64,000 nt of DNA from Psammoneis japonica. Lineage: Eukaryota. The notes under the pieces were generated by a model. It ran no database searches and had not been told where the DNA came from. It saw only the letters and a list, made by a program, of their open reading frames with translations. Below, in pieces: positions 60,301 to 64,000 of the stretch. A program made the translations under genes and the position numbers. The stretch covers positions 1-64,000 of the forward strand of contig QPGO01000267.1 of the NCBI GenBank assembly GCA_008632985.1, written 5' to 3'. Position 1 is the stretch's first letter; every line of letters begins with the position of its first letter.

Positions 60301-63100
60301 AAAGCAAGCAACTCAACCTTTCATCAACAACTCAGACACCAACAAATGTCATTGAATTTGATGCTTCACAATGACCCCAAGGCCGCCAAACAACATGGAC
60401 GTTCTTTTTCTTGTTGTTTGCCACCACCAAGTCAGAAAACACAAGAAGATGGAAAGAAACTGCTGCAAGATGAGAGGCAACTTGGCAACCAGAAAAAGCT
60501 GCAGCCCTTTTTTCTTTTGATGCAGCCTCCAGCTTCTTCCAGCTGCTCCGCTCAGAGTGCAAGCTGTTGCAAAATCCAGCCCTCCACAATCCTTGACAGG
60601 ATGTGGCACTCCACTTGTTGCTGCCACACAAGTGCAGCACATGTGTTTGTGTGGCTTGCAAAAAAATGTGGAAACATGGTGAGTGAAAATGCTGAGTTTG
60701 GCTGCTGTTGTTTGGGGCTGTCAAAAACAATGAAAGAGGAGCTGTCACAAAATGCAATGCAGCCAGTGTTCAAGAGGGCAAACTGGCTGGTGCAAAGAAG
60801 CCTTGCCCAAACAAGCACAAATTCTTCTGTTTCCTTGGTGTTGGAAATGGCTCTGCCTGAACTCAGCTGCACAGCCACATGCTGCCTGCAATGAGTGGCT
60901 CCTCTCAAGTTCAAGAAAAGGAAACAGAGGAAAGACAGTTCATTGACTTGACATGAAGTTCATTGTGACATCTCTGTTCATGATGCAGCGGGGTCATTCT
61001 CCACCAAAGACAAAACTTGCCAGGAAGGAGCGACAAGAAGAAACATGATGTTGTTTGGAAACCTGTTTGTGGCAGCCAGCAGGCATTGTCCTGCACAAAT
61101 GTGCACATTGCCAATCTCTTTCCTGATGCAGGGGGAGGAAGCAGCAGCCTGCAATGGCAACAGCAGTGCCAGCATGCTGTGCCACAAAGTCCAACTTGGG
61201 TGCAAGCATTGTGTTCAGAGTTTCCCACCAGCTTGTTCTCTTTGGCTGTCATTTCAAAGAGGTCTGCAATCACAGCCCATGGGTTCTTGCCCAATTTTTG
61301 AAAATTTGAAACTGATTTAACCAACTTTCTGCACTCACAATTGCACCTTCCATCTGGGAGTTGCTTGCAGCACCAACCACAGCTTTTGATGCAGTGAAGA
61401 TCACCACAGTGCCCCACAATGGCACCTCCCTGTTCTTGCCTCTGTTTTGGCCACACAACAGACATGTGCAAAGGAGCCAAAAATTATGGGAGGGTTTAAA
61501 GCTCCTCCTGAAAATAGAGATGCCTTGTTGCTTCAATCATTTTCTCAAAGCACTTCTTGGGTGTGTGTTTTCCTTGCCACAGGGGCCATTGGCAGGTGCT
61601 TCTTGGGGCTTCATCATCTGGCAAAAGCACCACAGCAGCTGCAGGGTCAGACCTCACACATCCCATGTTGCGAGCACAGCAGTCTTTGAGATTGAAAGGG
61701 GAAAATGGGCAAGTCAACAAAAAACAAGCTCTTTGTTCCTCAGCAGATGAGTTTTTGATGCTTTGCCACAAGAAGCTTTCCCCTCAGAGTCCTCGTCATT
61801 GTCCTGCCTTGTTGTTGTTGCCACCACAGCTGTGCTCCTTGGGAGGCAAGAGACTGATCCCTCTCACAGCCACATTTGTCACCAGCATGGCCACTGTGTG
61901 ATGTGTCATCATCTCACAGTTAAATTGTCAAAGTCTTTCATCAACATCATTTGTGACATTTTTAGATTGTTGGCTGCATTCTCAAGATTCAAAACATCCC
62001 TCATCTCACAAAGTCAGTCATTGATGTCTCTCTTCAGTTTGCAGCCATGCTGGTTTCTCCATGGAGAACACTTTCAACACCATCTGCTGTTGCACTGCAA
62101 CCTTGAGTTGCAGCTCTCTCATTGCAGCTCTCTCATCAACACAAGCTGTTCCACAAAATCTTGGCTGGTGCGAGCCCCAGCCGGTGCTGCGTGGCACTCA
62201 TTCTGCCACCAGAAAAGCACTGTCAGTTGGTCCACTGAAGCTTCCATCTGCTGCCAATGTTGATTCATTCATTTCAACCAAATTGCCATGTTGTCTCTAA
62301 TTCTGAATGACATCCCCCGTTGGTGTCAGACAATGCTGCACCGACACCCCCCTTCCACTGCCATTCCTCGTTGACAAGCTGGTGCCAGCGCTTGCACGTG
62401 CCAAGGAGCCAACCTTTGATCCCCAACACACTCCAGTTTGAAACGTCATTGCCAGATCATTTCAAACCAAACCCAGGCTGAGTTCCTTTGACTCTCTGAG
62501 TCCCCTGTCCATCACTGACTGTCACTCAAGTGATGCCACATTGCAGGATGCTCTTGTTGCGCTGTTGATCATCAAGCTTTGCTTGGCATGTGGGTCCACA
62601 AGTTGTTGACTCAAGAGCATCTCTGTTGGTCCATTCTTGAGTTTGTTGCATGCATCAGGCACTGCAGCAGCTACAGCAAGTCATCCTTTCAAGTCTCTGC
62701 CCCATGAACACACGCCTGTTGCTCCCACACAACTCCCCCCCCTTCACCAGCTCTGTTTTCCAAGATCCAGCATGAGTCCAGCACCATTCTCTGCAGCTCT
62801 GCCATTTGAAGCATGACTGTCTGCAGCACCACTGACCATGGGTCCACCACCTCAGCCACTGCCCCTGTGTGGCGGACCTCGTCAAACACTGGCTTTTCTT
62901 TCGACACTGCGACTCTCCCGCTCCTCTTCTCACTGGCCTCTTCATTGTGTCTTTTGTTGTCTCACATGTGTTTTGCGCTGTGTTTCCATGATGACCAGAT
63001 GATGCACTCCACGGCACAAGCACCAGCAACAGTGAGGATAACAGCTCCAAACAGGTGCAGTGGTTGCAGACCGAAAGTCTTCCATCAAAATTCAAACAAC
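57400..63100. mobile_element. TA- and CG-depleted hypermutated domain, unclassified, with gene relics
   Basis: Near absence of TA, and centrally of CG. Abrupt edges. Contains a histone H3 relic. No transposase recognised. Confidence 0.7.
59464..59810 (+). pseudogene. Histone H3-like pseudogene
   Basis: MA(C)T..., GMKK(WCCCC)P..AL, RFQS...LALQEASE(VH)LVGLLEDGN and CAIHAK(C)V(A)ITPRDL. Confidence 0.88.
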
Positions 63101-63469
63101 GAAAAACCCAACACACACGATGGGTGCTATCTAAAGCTTGCCAAACAATGGGTTATGTGCCATGTGACCAATTCAACGCGTCGGCTGTCCATCGAAAAAA
63201 ATAATTATTGATACTCCGGGTTTCTTGCTGTTGTTACGCAGATGTCTTTTGTCGATCGGAATTGAGCATGCAATTCAAAAATTTCTTCCAACTTCCACCC
63301 ATCAATGGACTGTTTGCCGTCTCTTGTTTATTGTATCATCGCAGAGACACCACGAGTCTTTCGTTGATGTGTTAGTTCAAAGGACCTTTTGGTGAAGTGA
63401 GGGGCGAAACTCTGATTGACAAGAAAGACGCGCCAGAGATTTCTTTTAAAAAGTGCTGCAAATCCAATC

Positions 63470-64000
63470 ATGCTTCGAAATCCCAGATTCGTCGGAGTGT
63501 TCTTTGCATTTTGCGTTCTTCGCTTCATAGTTTCTCCTCCGCTTCACTTTTTCTTTGAGCCGGTCGCTTCGATGGGCCCATCAAGTGTCTACGTTCAAGG
63601 TAGGTTCGTGTGTTTGCGGTGATTTCTGTTAAGCTTGGGCCTACAACTGTTCACGTCGAATCTTGCTAACTATGACCGACGTCTGTACAATTCTCCAAAT
63701 GACTCTATCCAGGAGCTGGATTCTCAGGCTTTTGGTTTCATTTAGGCCGACTCCAGTCTATTCCCAACCTTGGGGATCACGACTTTTACTGTTACTCTTC
63801 CGGATGCCTTAGTAAGTGTCGCTCGTTACAATATTGTGACCCATCGCGAAACAAATCCGATACATTCAATTTGTGCTTATACTTTGTATACTGGAAATAG
63901 GTGTCGTTATGGCTTTGCTGAATGTGACTATGGATTCAGCGTTGGAAAAAACGCTATCGATTCAGTCCATGTGGCAGAGCGGGGATATCTCGAGATTTGA
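63470..64000 (+). CDS. Patatin-like phospholipase (partial; runs off the window)
   Basis: Spliced reading VYVQG|AGFSGFWFHLG...YCYSSGCL|GV. Introns ~63600-63711 and ~63812-63900. N-terminal hydrophobic anchor. Confidence 0.6.

Noticed and set aside
1..63100. Numerous overlapping Cys/His-rich ORFs in the TA-depleted domains as real genes
   Set aside because: They result from the loss of TAA/TAG stops, lack Tyr, and many are antisense to TE relics.
1..64000. CRISPR arrays, rRNA or tRNA genes
   Set aside because: No repeat-spacer pattern or recognisable structural RNA sequence was seen. tRNAs could be missed by eye.

Overview
Eukaryotic genomic DNA, most likely a pennate diatom (inferred from short GT-AG introns, bipartite signal+AF plastid presequences, frustulin-type Cys repeats and diatom-type Copia/Gypsy/Harbinger elements). 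About 20 ordinary host genes alternate with five sharply bounded domains (~1-10750, ~16700-20200, ~28000-35150, ~39800-40980, ~57400-63100) from which the dinucleotide TA is almost absent. CG is also absent from some of them. These domains hold a Copia LTR element, a Gypsy LTR element, a PIF/Harbinger element and unclassified cargo-bearing DNA, including a histone H3 relic. Conserved proteins and paired LTRs show the direction of change: TpA->TpG/CpA on both strands (Tyr->Cys/His), plus CpG->TpG/CpA. This is the reverse of fungal RIP and suggests a repeat-targeted A:T->G:C hypermutation system. Several host genes carry small frameshifts, probably assembly errors. Family assignments come from recognised motifs only; no database searches were run.
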